64,000 bases of DNA, from assembly GCA_051362555.1 (NCBI GenBank), contig CM120644.1, positions 10,996,567 through 11,060,566 of the forward strand, given 5' to 3'. The notes under the pieces are model-generated. The model ran no database searches, was not told the DNA's origin, and was given only the letters and a program-made list of their open reading frames with translations. This document shows, in pieces, positions 38,287 through 52,090 of this stretch. Source of the stretch: Lingula anatina (taxonomy: Eukaryota; Animalia; Brachiopoda). The position numbers were made by a program, and so were the translations under genes. Each line of letters starts with the position of its first letter. Position 1 is the stretch's first letter.

Positions 38287-39985
38287 GGTGTTTTTTTGTT
38301 CTAGTGAACTCCACTGTTGACAGAAATCGGGAGCAATTTATTAAAAACTGACATAAAACATGAAGTTATGCAAATATTACACGTCGTCTTCGTCACTGAC
38401 TCAGAGTCAAATTAAATGAAGAACTTGAAATTGACATTGTGGATTAAAAAATTATTGAAATGACTATCTTAAACCGTGTGATAGAGTGTTTCATGCCAGC
38501 AATTCGCCTCTTTTACTATCAATTAGCTGAGTGCGACTGCATGTAGAATCTAAGCATATGTCAGTGAATCATTGGGTAGCACAATAAAACGATAGCAGGC
38601 GAGGTTGTGATGCATCAAGCATTTAGCACTTAAACTAAAAATCATGAAATATTTCGAAAATTACTGTTCGTTCGTTAGTTTGAATTTCACTGTGACACCT
38701 AGGTGCCACAAAACAGTTGTTACACGTGACGTGGCTGTTGCTAAGGTAAATAAACAATCCTAAGTTACAGAAGCAGACCAGGTTAATTGAGCACTATACA
38801 ACAGTTGTATTCCCTGTCTGTGACAGATAGGAGCAGTCTGCAAGGTTAATTATTAATGTCCCTGTCGCAGACTTGAGCAGTTGCAATTTAAATCAGTCCA
38901 GCACATTTGAAGGGTGATAATACCCCTCCTTTTATCCAAAGGATGAATTGGTTGAATGATGCATATTTATATGTTTTACCTAATTGCAACCGCAGTATTG
39001 ATATTCTATTAGGTAGATTCGTAATTTTAGTCAAAAACATATAAGGGTATAACCCTTTGATATCACAGAGTCTCTAAGATAGTGTACAAAATTAAAGTTA
39101 TTTTAACAGACAACTTGGCCTGGGCCCTGCAGTCAGACACTGGACACTGAACGTCATCCATAACCACGCTTGTACGGCATGGTCGGTGCACTTAAGGATC
39201 TGTATCTATACCATGAAGGTGCCTCTGCTATAAAATTGGTTTATATGATGCAAAATCACTCGGGCTGATTAGATATAAAGATGAGACCATGTACAGGCGT
39301 AATATTAAATTAGGGGTCCAAAGGTGTAGTACTGACGTTCTTGTACTGGGTGTTGGATAAAGAAAGAAAAAAAGAAATGTTTCTGTATTTTAGAAAGAAT
39401 AAGATTGTCTTAAAGCATATCTACACCAGTTACACCATAGTGAAGCAAGAGAACGACTTTGCATTGCTTTGGGTTGATTTTAATTGTTACCATGCATGGA
39501 ATAAATTATATATTAATTAAATATAATTATATATAATTATATTATAAAAGTGAGACAAAAAAGTTTAAAGTTGAAAAATTTTAAGAAAATCAAATTAGTA
39601 AATTAAACTTTATGGAATGAAAGAAATAATTTTAACAACAGCAATGGGGAAGTGGAACACATCACTATAGCGGTAGTAGTTGGTATTGGGCAGTCTCAGT
39701 GGTACACCTTTATGGCTATATAATATGAGAATTATGTGACGTTAAATGGACATTAATGTTTCTATTTCTGATATATGTGTGCGGTTGCAATGGTTACTAT
39801 GCCCTGCAGGTTAAAAGGGTCATGATGCCCCCTTCTACTTAAAGGATGAGATGGATGAATGAAGCATTTTGTTTTGTGTGGTCATCTTGAACTCACATCG
39901 TTTACATCTCTTTGGATTACAAACCGCCATACTTATTTTAGCAGGAGTGTGTATATCTTTATCTGGCACCAAGCAGAGACCGGTA

Positions 39986-41032
39986 ATGAAGTCACTACAT
40001 GTTGGCCGGGTCAAAGGGATACATTTTTTGTTACGATCTATAATTTTAATGTTACTGCTTCCACAAATGACATCAAAATTTATCACTTCACCGGGAAAAT
40101 CTGTGGATAAAGGGATATGTTCCTCGAATAGGATGCTTGCCATTCCATCAACAATAACTGCGATGCAATGCTCCCAAAGAAAAAGTTTAGACGCAAGACA
40201 AAACTCCAAAATATATCTGACAGTGGATTTTTCTTATGGATTTGGCAATAGAATCTTCCAGTACGCTTCAATGTATGGAATTGCAAAAACCAACAATATG
40301 GTACCAGTTGTGAGCAGCAAAGAAATCGTGCGGAAGGTATTTCTTATCCCTGACTCCATTACTGATTCCCTGCCACCTCGTGCTCACCCTCTGAAATTTA
40401 ATGAAAAGACGTGCTGCTCATATGATAGCAAAACGGAAACACTGAAAAACAAAAACAGGTCTATTAAGCTTCATAGTTTCTTTCAGTCGTGGAAATACTT
40501 TCGACACGTAAAGAAAGACATTCGGGAACATTTGAAGTTCATACAAGAAGATGTATTCCGCACTAAATTGAATTCTTTCCTATCAGTGGCTCTTTTGACT
40601 ACCAATATGAGGCAATCAAATTTGGTAACATTTGTTGGAATTCATGGGCGGTTTGGAGACATGTTATACCCAAGTTATGCAGAAGAAGGGCATGCAGTAG
40701 CTCCAGCAAGTTACTTTGAAAACGCAATAAGATACTTCGAAAATAAATACAACAACGTCATATTTGTAATCGTTTCTAATGATATGTCTTGGTGCAAAAC
40801 CAACATACGTCACCCAAGAGTTATCTACAGCCCTTTTGGAGATGATTCCATCCTGGACTTTGCTTTGCTGACTAGTTGTAATCACACCATCATGTCGGTT
40901 GGAACTTTCTCTTGGTGGGCCCGTGGGGATGTGGTATATTATAAAGACTGGCCTAGGAAAGACAGCTCACTTTGGAACAGAACTAACCATGATGATTATT
41001 TTCCACCAGAGTGGATTGGACTGCATGGTTAA
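39986..41032 (+). CDS. Galactoside alpha-1,2-fucosyltransferase-like (GT11) protein; motif-divergent, possibly pseudogenising
   Basis: GFGNRIFQYASMYGIA, FQSWKYF, VGIHGRFGD, SNDMSWCK, DFALLTSCNHTIMSVGTFSWW and DDYFPPEWIG motifs; reading frame open from 39863, first in-frame ATG at 39986; start uncertain. Confidence 0.8.
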   Translation: MKSLHVGRVKGIHFLLRSIILMLLLPQMTSKFITSPGKSVDKGICSSNRMLAIPSTITAMQCSQRKSLDARQNSKIYLTVDFSYGFGNRIFQYASMYGIAKTNNMVPVVSSKEIVRKVFLIPDSITDSLPPRAHPLKFNEKTCCSYDSKTETLKNKNRSIKLHSFFQSWKYFRHVKKDIREHLKFIQEDVFRTKLNSFLSVALLTTNMRQSNLVTFVGIHGRFGDMLYPSYAEEGHAVAPASYFENAIRYFENKYNNVIFVIVSNDMSWCKTNIRHPRVIYSPFGDDSILDFALLTSCNHTIMSVGTFSWWARGDVVYYKDWPRKDSSLWNRTNHDDYFPPEWIGLHG

Positions 41033-42589
41033 TGCCTGTGACTCAGATTACTACATACAGGATTTATTTTATTGGCTGATAAATGTTTTCAAGAATGTTG
41101 GGGGCAGAACAGAATTGTATCGCTTTCTGGACTAAAGATATATGCTTGCTTTCTCGTTTTCCAAACTCAAAATAAAAGCCTATGAATACAATTCCATTAA
41201 ACACCATGATACTTTCTTAACGTGCTAAAGCGGTGCAACCAAGTAAGTGCTTAGTAGCAGGTAGCTGTAAGAATCAAAAAGGGGTGGCTCAAGTGGAGCT
41301 TTCCTTAAATTTTTGTCCAATTATACACCCAAACCACCCAAACCAGCATCCAAACCAGCATCTAAAACAAAATGCTTGTTGCAATGGGTACAGGCATAAC
41401 AGGATTTTTGGGCAATTTTTAAAACCGGGAGAGTTGTGGAATCTCTGAATTTGGAACCCTTATTTCAAAAAATAAATTTATATGCATTACTTTTAAACTG
41501 ATTTATATAGACCATAATTGAAAGGTACTCTCCATGAGATTTACCCGCCGAAATTAATTTTCCTGGGGTAAAGGGCAATGTTGTCACACTCATTATTTCC
41601 TTTTGATCCCTGAACTTGGTTTTGATGTCTAATTCCATTTTCAATTTACTGATTAAGTTCTGGACAGTCAGTTAGAACGCCAAAGCCTTCATGACCTTCA
41701 CCTTCATGGCCTTGTTTTCACACAATGGCGCAGTGTTTTGTATTGCGGCCCTGTATCATGTATAATAGAGACTGGACGTTGAGAATTAAATAAAGGATAA
41801 TAGGATAATAACGACAATAGGCACGCTTCAGAAAAAGATTTATTTCATGGGTTTCAAAGTCTGTGTTGGGAAATACAAGAAACTTTGCAGGATATAATTA
41901 CGAGTGCAGGGGCTTGTTTAACGCGTGGAGAGTTCCTTTGAGCTAGTAATGCTGATGTTTCGCTCGAATAAGCAATTCACTTCGATATATTTTTAATGTC
42001 TCAACATTATCTCGTAGCATGACAAGGTTAATTTCTACATTATCAAAGCAAACAAGGAAATAGACCCTAATGTATCTATCTACTTTAACTATTTGGACAA
42101 CCACGGCAATCGCACGACACTTACGGTAGTACATGTACGTATACTGCATACCAATAAGACATTAACATGCTGTCAGCATTACCACTAATTTTGAGATGTG
42201 GTTTTAAATTGTTAGCTGTAATATTAAACCTGGAGTGCAGCAGGTTCTCAGTTTGCCTGCAGGTTTCAGGTAGCGCATTTACCACACAATATTGCTGGGC
42301 TTAATAGAAACAATATCTTTGATCATTTAACAAGAATCAGATATATGTCATTTTGGAAGAGCTGCTCTTATGATAACAAAACGTTAATTTGTAGTGGTTT
42401 CCTGCCATATGATTGTAGAAGAATAATAAGAGCAGTTCTATTGTGCATTGCTTTTTCATTACTGTCAGTCACGGACATATTGGTTTCCCCCAATACGTGA
42501 AGAATGGCATACTGGAACATTTGAAATCCAGATATAAACTCCACAGTAAATGAACATTTCTTAACTGTCAAAGAATGCATCATGCATGA

Positions 42590-42895
42590 ACCGATCCAGT
42601 GAGAAAACATCGTTGGACAAAGGGCAGTTTCGGGAAATAGGGATGTCAAGGGCACACAATAGCTCAAACATGTAACTTCAGAAAGGCCATGAAGTACCGT
42701 TCTTTGCAAATAAATGCAACATTTAAATGGTTCTTTTTTAGTCGCTTCCAACGATATGGCTTGGTGCACGGCCAACATACGTCAACCAAGAATTATCCAC
42801 AGCCCTTCTGGACTTTGTTTTGCTGACTAGTTGTATTATGGTATATGATAAAGACTGGTCAATAAAACAGTCACAAGTGCATCGAGGTGGATTGT
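42590..42895 (+). pseudogene. Deleted relic of a second GT11 fucosyltransferase copy
   Basis: 42741-42870 aligns with 40769-40960 (AACGATATGGCTTGGTGC..., CTGGACTTTGTTTTGCTGACTAGTTGTA, TGGTATATGATAAAGACTGG) with internal deletions; weaker match near 42600 to about 40095. Confidence 0.7.
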
Positions 42896-45800
42896 ACGTA
42901 GGGTTGAAGATAATTATTTTGCTTCTTTTCTCAATTTATGCTTCAGTTTCTACCAGCTACTTTATATACAAAACAGTAAAGTTGAAATACATCTGAGGGT
43001 TTGGGTACATGTTTGTTGGATTATTATCGTTTATCTCAAGCCTAAAGAACGGCTTCCAACGGGTAATTTACTGCAGTGTCTATTTATAAAGTTATGACAA
43101 TCTCTTATATTGCTGAAAAGGTAAACATAATGTTATTGAGGCATTCGCAAAGAATATGAAACCGCTTAAATGAGAAATTAAATTAGTGAGGAAGATAAAG
43201 CTTTCATGTTCGTTCAATAATTCAATTGCTCTATGTCAGATGCTCTTTATATGAGCCCATCCAACCCATGTGTACAGGTACATAAAATTTAATTGGAATC
43301 TCAAGACGACAGAGATTAGTTTAAATTGAGTGACGAACACTGTAATTTGATCATCTGGAAGCGTCAGATTGCTCGATTTGGTCTTTTGCGTGTGTGTGTG
43401 TGTGTGTGTGAGCGTGTGTGTGTGTGTGTGTGTGTTTATTTGTCAAAATGTTAACACGCCTTTCGGTAAACCTTGCCTTGAGATACATTCTCACCTACAC
43501 AACCGTTGTACTGTAGTGTTTTACTTCAACTATCATTCAGTGTTCCGCCCTTGTTTGGCCTGATAAGCATATTTTTGTTCCTTCAATGCATTCAACACTT
43601 CACTGTACTGAGTAAAATAAAAATTGAGGAAACTCGTTTGGGCAATCCTGCCATTTATTTCACTTCAAACCACTGTATATTATATTGTATCAAGAATACA
43701 GAACAAAAACAAATTTGGCGCATCAAGAAGGAGAGAGGACAAATGCCAAATATATCGTACCCTCTCCCAAACCTCCCGCCATAACTAAGACACAATCAGG
43801 CCGTTAAACGACGTGCATTATCCGCAAATCAGTCCATATTCTTCGTGTGAACGCTCCCTGGGTCAACAATGGCCACAAAGATATATTTGACTGATCCGTC
43901 TCATCTCCAACACCAGTGTTAATTCGGGTCAGAGCTAAATAGCTATCCTTATAGCTAAGAGCCAACAGAGGCGTACCTAGCATACTTAGAAAAGGCACGT
44001 GCCCTGGGTCTCCATCTGAAGTCATGTAGGCTACTATTGACCTTGACATTGCCGTTTGTGTTCTCCAGCCTCGGGATAGCGCTTGTGAATGTCAATTATT
44101 GACTTTAACCGCGGCCAAATCGTTCGCGATTTACACTGCGGTGCTTGCAACAAATATTTTAATATGCGCGTCATGAGATGGGGGTTTTGACCGACAATAC
44201 TAAGCTCGCAATCACAAATCCGAGGCTCGATATGACAAACTGCAATTATCGTTTCTGAGATCTGAACCTGGTGGAGAACATGAGAACGTCCTTATCCCTG
44301 CTTGAAAGTATCCCAAAGTCATGTTTTCAATGCCTGCCTATACTGCAAAGCTACTTATCTTTCCCGATTCAGACCATAAATGGGATATGTAACCCTGCAA
44401 TAAAAGCACATGTCGATTTTTCTTTCCGGCATGTACATGAGGACTAAGAACTAAATCATTTAATCAGAAATGTTATAAAACATCGAATCCAAATGCAGGG
44501 TCAGGTTGGGCAATGGTTCGCGAGTAGAAGAAATAGGCTTTTTTTCAGGATTAATATTCGATTTCTCATGCAATTCCCGGATAGGAAACCTTAAACACAC
44601 CGCCATAGCGCTTCCATTTTACTAGGACGCAAGTTTATCTTGGATCCTAACTTTTGAGAACCTGTAATCCGCGAATACTCTTAGTACCAAAACATTGTCT
44701 TTTCTTTCGACAGAGTTAAGATATTGCATACTGATCACACGGTGTTTACCTGTCATATCCAAACCATTGCAAATTTAAATATTCATGGATACCGATTTTA
44801 GGTCAAACGAGGACTAATTAATAATTATCTATTTATTTCAACGGCAAGACGGGTAAATGACACCTTGTTTACCAAATTTACCCTGTCCCTGTTTGAACAT
44901 GCACAGTAGCTGTAAAGGGCATCACGCTACATATCGAAAAAAAAAACAGGATTGCTTGTTTCAAAGACAGGTTGCATAATCCCCTACAGAGCAGAAACCT
45001 GAGATGCACTTGAAAGGTCCAAAAAGAAATTATTCTTCAGTCATGGCTGCAACGAACAGCTGGTGAACCACAACGTCGTGAGTGAGACAACGGAAAATAA
45101 AGCACAACTGAAAGGATCACATAACTTTTATTATCAACATATAATGGAGACCAGAAATATTCAAAGGGCTGTTTGTTTGTTTGTTATGCTGGTTTGTTGC
45201 TCCTGTATCCTTAGTTTTACGTAATGTGTTTGGTTACGGTGTAGGCCTATTGGCCCTAAGAATATGTCTGTAGTCAACAATTTCAAAAGAGGGGGGTAAT
45301 TTCCCCAAACTGTTTACCTCCCTAGTTGACTAAACCTGAGAAATGGCATAGAATCTAATTCAATTTTTGATTCAGAGCGGCTTTTTTTTGGAAAAAGAGC
45401 CGTTCGTTCGAAATACCCGACTGCATCCCCGCCCACTGGCTTGAAGATGAATTTGGATCCGAATTTGTTTGTGATGTCAAGCAATTCCATTTAATCTTAA
45501 AACGGCAGAAATTTTACTTCCTAGAACTTTGATAATCATCATCAGCATCATAATAACGTCAACGTATTTCAAAGAAAGGAAGAAATTTCCCGAAGCCAGT
45601 TTGGGTGTAACTTCAAGGTGCTGATGGTTATAGATAAATTAAGCATACACAATATTGTCTTGCTTATACAGTACATTGTTGTATTGACCGCAGTGTAGAC
45701 GACCAACAATTGTACCGTATGTATCATTTAGAGCCCAATAAATCATTATTATTATTATTATTATACATCACAGTTGACTGTTGAGAGGCTTTGTTTGGAT

Positions 45801-47448
45801 ATCAGAGTATGCTTACATCAGAAGTCAGAGATGTGAATATTTTACGCACGATTATTGTACTCTTTCATAATGATTGCCCAGTATTTGTGTTACTGTGCAA
45901 TGACACATCGACGTTGATGTAGCGGGGACAGAGACAATGCCCCTGTTGAATGATTTATGTGTAAGTGTGATGAGTAGCATGAGATCCGTTCCTTTACTTG
46001 TTACTTAAGCCTATGTCCCAACCGAACGTACGGGCTGCTACGTGTGGTGTACGGCCAAAAAAATGGGGAAAACGTGGGAGTTCGTGCGTGAGGAGCACGT
46101 CTATCGTGCGACTTTTGGAGGACGCAAACAGCATGTAGAAACTTTTCGACATGATCAACAGCCGCTTGAGTCCTTCCCTGCGGTCTAGCTACGTCCTGGC
46201 CGGACGCAAGGAATCTTAAAAACCGCGCGTCCAAAACGTAGTTGGGACCTAGGCTTTACTGAGTATACATGCGCGCTCGAACACACATATACACACACAA
46301 CCACTTTCTCCCTCCCCCTCCTCTCTCTCTCTTTTTCTTTCTGTCGACTCTCTCAGTCACGTTAACTCTATCTCTTTCTATCTATATCCATAAGATAGCG
46401 CTATCCAGTGTTGATGACATTACCCAGAAGTTTTGGGTTGTCTATATTCGCCCACCGGAGATAGCAGCGTCCATACTGACGCACAATACTGAATAATGAA
46501 ATTGAATTCGACATATTTGAAGACAGAGTCAAGGATGAGAGAAATTATTCTGACTGAAAATGACACTTGGGTTTAAAAGCTTTCTCAGTGTTGCCCACGC
46601 ATTTTATTTCATCTTGTATAGGTATTAAACGCATAACGCGAAGTAGCCCACTAGGTCAAGGACGTTTATAAAATATTAAATCTTTACTTAAATTTTTTTA
46701 TCTAATATTTAATACTTGTTTATGATGCAAGGAGATTCCACACTATGCGGCAGAGTGTGGAATTTAGAGGGAATTTAAGTGACGGCTTCAAAGGATTCTG
46801 GTAACGAAAGAGGTCCATTTGCTCAATTGTGCCAGAACAATGCCTGTTCTCAAGTGACTTGATTCTGATAACGTGATTGTTGAAATACCCGCCTCTGACC
46901 TATGCCTTTTAACCTGGCGAGCTGTTCACAGAAGAAAAAAATCCACCTTCGTCTTTAGTACGGGGCTAACGTTATTGATAAAAATCATAAATATTAGTCC
47001 TGTACACCGAACCAAAAATATATTCATAAAATGTGGGCCTTTTTATGATTGGCATTTCATTGGGCAATTGAAGTCATACTTATGTACATGTACCTCGATG
47101 ATGCACTGTTTTTACGTGCCAACTATTATAGTTTTTTCACCGTGTTATTAAAAAAAGGAGACTTGCGAAAGACTTCAAGATGTTCAGTATTCCCTTGTGA
47201 GGTTCCTATTGCTTAGTTTCAGTCACAAAAAGTAAGATGTGAAAGAAAAAAGAAAGACAAAAATACGTTTACGTGTGCGGAAAGGAAAGGAAATACGGAG
47301 CCTGGAAGAGTTCCTTCGCACTGCTTAGGTTTCAGAAGTATCGGATACATGATCTGTCACGTTAAAGACGTGTTCTCCAACAGACCCATGTATCACATAT
47401 GCTATACTCGTTTGCCGTACTTCAGGTGAAAAACGCAAGCGCATTTAC

Positions 47449-47501
47449 CACCATTCTTTTACTCATATTATAATAATTATAATATGAGTAAAAGAATGGT
47501 G
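47449..47501. repeat. Perfect 53-bp palindrome
   Basis: CACCATTCTTTTACTCATATTATAAT-A-ATTATAATATGAGTAAAAGAATGGTG. Confidence 0.95.
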
Positions 47502-48370
47502 TAAGAGAACACAATTCGGGTCCTCGTATTACGCAATGCCGCAAATACCAATACGGTCCCCTTGCGACAGTAAGGCTGATTGAAATTCTTGGTAAATGAC
47601 GAGGAAAATATTATTGATAATTGGCATGACTCATGAGCCATGTGGGAGCTTGACGTTTTCTCTAAACTATTTGTGCACGTGTCTTTTGAAGCTTTCACTT
47701 ACTTAGAAAGCAGTAAATGTTATATACGAGTACCTGTTTAATGCCAACGACTGGCCTTAAGATACGCTGTCCCCTTTTATCGCCTCTACTTGCTTTTTTT
47801 TTAGTAATTATATTTTTTTATCATTCCATTTACTTATGTTTTTGTAATTAGGTATGACGTGTTTAGACAAAGCTATATCCATCCTGTCTGTTCTTCAATA
47901 ATAATAATAATAATAATAATAGTAATAATAATAATATTATTATTATTATTACTAATATTATTATTATTATTATTATTGAAGAACAGACAGGATGGATATA
48001 GCTTTGTCTAAACACGTCATACCTAATTACAAAAACATAAGTAAATGGAATGATAAAAAAATATAATTACTAAAAAAAAAGCAAGTAGAGGCGATAAAAG
48101 GGGACAGCGTATCTTAAGGCCAGTCGTTGGCATTAAACAGGTACTCGTATATAACATTTACTGCTTTCTAAGTAAGTGAAAGCTTCAAAAGACACGTGCA
48201 CAAATAGTTTAGAGAAAACGTCAAGCTCCCACATGGCTCATGAGTCATGCCAATTATCAATAATATTTTCCTCGTCATTTACCAAGAATTTCAATCAGCC
48301 TTACTGTCGCAAGGGGACCGTATTGGTATTTGCGGCATTGCGTAATACGAGGACCCGAATTGTTCTCTTA
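47502..48370. repeat. About 870-bp near-perfect palindrome centred on (AAT)n/(ATT)n
   Basis: Arms of about 430 bp are reverse complements (mirror-image ORFs 47477..47698- and 48176..48481+); centre about 47937 with essentially no unique spacer. Confidence 0.95.
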
Positions 48371-49885
48371 GATAGTAAAATTTCACAACCACTTCCCGTG
48401 AAGATGAAATTCAAGACAATCTGCCACACTAATGACGCGCCGGTGAGACACGACCGCAAAGATTCCACTCTGCTATGTTGACGTTCCAAGAGTTTCATAA
48501 TAGCCATATTTCATGGTGCATTGACCGATTGCTACACTTTGCCTCACTGATGACGTGGGTATGTCTTGAGAAAGTTAAGAGCAAGGCAGCTTGCATAACT
48601 TGTCGCAGTTCATGTTTTCCCTCACGGGTAAATTAAAGTCAAGTTAACTTTATCTTTTAACCGTGCGCGTTAAAACGATAACACCCAAGCTCTAATGAGC
48701 TGTTGGACTGGTTTAAAAACGAGACACACTTTATAAACTATCAAAGATTAGATAAGTGATGAAAACGCGAATTTCTTCGAAAAATGTAAATATACATTTA
48801 CATTTTTGCCCTTCCCGGGTAATTAAAATTCTATTCTTTGAACCTGCATGGCCACTCGATTTATAATTTTCATGCATAAACCTTACACTATTAGGCCTAT
48901 ACGGTTCATGTGGTTTTGTATTTCAACAATTTCATCTTCATTTGTAATATCATATGTACTCTCTCTTTTAAAGATATTGCACTTTAATATACATTTTAAC
49001 GAGCAACACCAAGAATTCGAAGTTGTGCGGTTTCTGTCCATGTGTGAGTGATATGAGCATCTTGCAGAAGGAAAAAAAAGCTTATTTTTCTGATGCGCCT
49101 CTTTTGACCAAAATCACTCTTTTGAAAAGTGTACGGCGACCACAGAACAAAAGCTAAGGCCTTTTATTGTTGTACATTACTATTTGACATTTGCTTGCGA
49201 TAAAGAAAGGGAAGTTGAATAACTTATCTTTGTGTTATCTATTGTGTTATGGGTATTTTAAACCCTTCCACGCTAAGAGATCTATCTCGTTTCGAAACAA
49301 CAGATGAAGACATGAAAGCCGCAAACCGCAAATCGATGGCCATTTTAAAAAGTGAATTTTAAACCAGTTGGAAGAATAAAAAAGGCATGACTGTTATGTT
49401 CAAATGTGAAAGACCAAACGTCGAAGATCGTCATTTCAGCGTCCATTGTTAAGAAACAAAACCAAAGACGAAGAGGCCTGTGGTGAGTTTGAAAAGAAAG
49501 GCTGTGAAACGAAGAAAAACATCGGAAATTAAACATGAAACGCGGGGAACAATTATGGTGCCATATATCATACTCAAAATAACAACTACAATGTAGGACA
49601 CGTCTGTTAATTGGACTAGAGGTCCTCTGGCTATCACAGAATTGCATGAAAGAGTTCCTTGTATATACAATTTTGAAACAGTTGCAAGATCTCGGCCAGA
49701 CTACGTGCTCTGGTATAGAGTCTGAGAGTACCCCTACCTGGACCAAAAATTGATAAATTAACTAGATATTCACTGATATGTCTTTGTCTGATGTTTGGCA
49801 CTTTGCTCTGCCTGTCCCCAGCGGGAATCTATGTATGGAATGCCAGTAACCTTCAGCAATCAGTTGGCCTCACATACAAAAAAGG

Positions 49886-50351
49886 TACCCTCTACCAGGG
49901 TGAGTGATAGATTTTTTACAGATATTCACAGATATGTTTCTAGCTAGATAGATGGTCATTTTCAGCTAAACCCACCCTGTTGAGGAATCCCATGTGGGAG
50001 CAATTATCTCTGCCCGCGCGCCAAAGGCTTTGTACTTGCTCTGCATGAGGTTCGCTTCACAACCATGTGATAACTGCTCGTTACGCAACCAGTCTAAGGC
50101 TTTTTTATCTGTCACAGAAGAGCAAGTGATTGAAGTCAGAGTAATTAACTGTCTTGATTGCTGTCACGCAGACTTAGACTGGACCTGCTAAGTGGCAGTG
50201 CCTGAGCAGTTATGCAAACGATTATCAGCCATGTAATCAGCCTTGAGATTCCTCAACAGGGTGAGTTCAGCTGTAAATGACTATCTATCTAGCTAGAGCC
50301 ATATCTGTAAATATCTGTAAAAAAATCTATCACTCGCCCTGGTAGAGGGTA
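49886..50351. mobile_element. MITE, TACCCTCTACCAGGG family, long copy
   Basis: About 105-bp TIRs homologous to the 33549 copy; perfect 9-bp TSD CAAAAAAGG (49877-49885, 50352-50360). Confidence 0.85.
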
Positions 50352-51749
50352 CAAAAAAGGTAGAGTGTAAGCCTAGGCCTGAGGTTACGTTTACCAACGT
50401 GTCGCCATAACTTAATAGCTGGACTATTTTCTCATATATAGGGAAGCAATTGCCATGCGTAGATCGATTCATCTTCTCAGGGACTCTTGATGAATGCAAT
50501 CAGATTAACAGACTAACACGCCTCATCTTGTTTCCAACGTAGTCGTATAATCACCAGCTTTTTTTGCATTCTACTCAACGCCAATTCTATCAGTATTAGG
50601 TCAGTATAAGGTTATAACCTAATATCTTGATATTGATACACCGTGCTTCTGTTTTTTTTTATTTTATTTTGTGGTTTAATAAATAAAAAAGAAAAATATA
50701 TTTAATCACAGACTCAAACACACACGCACACGCACACACAAACCATATTTATGCTTTCCCCTGCTCATTTTACCTGCTTCAGGGGCCTTTTTGATTTTAG
50801 TTTTGGATACATCAAGGCCTTAAATGCAACAGGTGTGACGTACGACGCGCTAAATATACATACTGTATATTCGAGGCATCATCGCTGCCCCGTTTCTTCT
50901 TTTTCTTCTGATTAGCTATCTGCTGTGGTCACATTGTAAAAATGCGTTTTAGCATTTATAAATATTTGATGGTAAGGCGGAGCTACAGATATAATCGTGC
51001 TCATCATGTACGTATAAAGTCGGTCACTGTAAACATTGAAAGGATTTTTATTGGATGTTTACTGGACTGTGCCTGTTTATATTAAAACGGACCGGAGAGA
51101 TGGGGTTGTTTTATACCCTCTACGAGGGCCGCATATTATTCATGTGCACTTTTCTCCAAACGCGACACAGCGGATAGGGGCCTACATATGTGCCACGAAT
51201 TAGCCAAATACACTGTACAGTACATATCTGTGAATATCTAGTGATTATCTGTGGCCCTGGCAGAGGATATTGATTTTATATATAGTACATCATGATCACA
51301 GTGTACGTCTATCCATGCAGTCACTGGCCTACACATCTACCAAAGCATATTTCTACTTTCACATTCATTGAGTGCCTATGCACTGAGTGTATTACCTTGA
51401 CAGGGTTATCTTCGCGATCGATATTTGTTAATTTTTTGGTATACACATGCATCTTTGTTATATTGTGCATAGTATTTTTAAAAGGCAGACTGGGAATTAT
51501 GTCCACGCCCCATCATGCGTCGTTTTCCTAAATTAATGTGGAAAAGAGAACAACATATGACTAGGCCAAAAGTTTTTTAACAAATGATTTATTCACGAAC
51601 ATTTCATTCATCAAAAATTGATAAAACACACAGAAAAAATTTAAAAGTTAACGAATTGCCAAGCAATGAGTAACAATGTGAATAAAAAAATCTAAACTAC
51701 TCAGCCTGTACTCTTAACGTTTTTCAATTATAAACTCGGTTTAATCCGA

Positions 51750-52090
51750 CTGCTGTTGGGGAAATCCCAAATGACGTCACGCTAGTAAGTCGCCGCTTTT
51801 CTGCGCATGTCAGGATTTAGCTAGTTTTTGTTTTGCTCTAAGCGACATGCGCAGTAAATCTGCGCTTAACCAGGTACAAATGAAAAACATTGTGTGTTCC
51901 TATCCAGCATCTAGGAGATCAGTGGCCACTGCACAGGGTAGGTTGGACTGTCACATACGTTGTTTAGTCCCCCATTATTATATATTAATCGACTGGTTAT
52001 TAATAGGAATTTCTGGGCGTCCGCGTGACTTCCGTTTTGTCTGCACTCTTCCTGAATTGAGGCGTCGTTGACGCGAGTCACGATTATTAA
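51750..52090 (+). promoter_or_regulatory. CpG-enriched promoter-like region, probably of the zinc-finger gene
   Basis: CRE TGACGTCA at 51772, kB-like GGGAAATCCC at about 51759, inverted pair of NRF1-like TGCGCATG (about 51802 and 51846), ETS-like ACTTCCG at about 52029; CpG density falls downstream. Confidence 0.45.

Noticed and set aside
45457-45470. GATCCGAATTTGT matching the 3' half of miR-10
   Set aside because: Seed and 5' half are absent and there is no hairpin
46001-46234. CpG-rich block with a 77-aa ORF
   Set aside because: No recognisable protein, RNA-gene or repeat signature
47477-48507. Twin ORFs MKASKDTCTNS... on opposite strands
   Set aside because: Mirror images created by the palindrome; GTG starts and no coding signature
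49345-49746. 133-aa minus-strand ORF and a plus-strand GTGAGT donor near 49483
   Set aside because: All plus-strand frames hit stops and no motif was recognised
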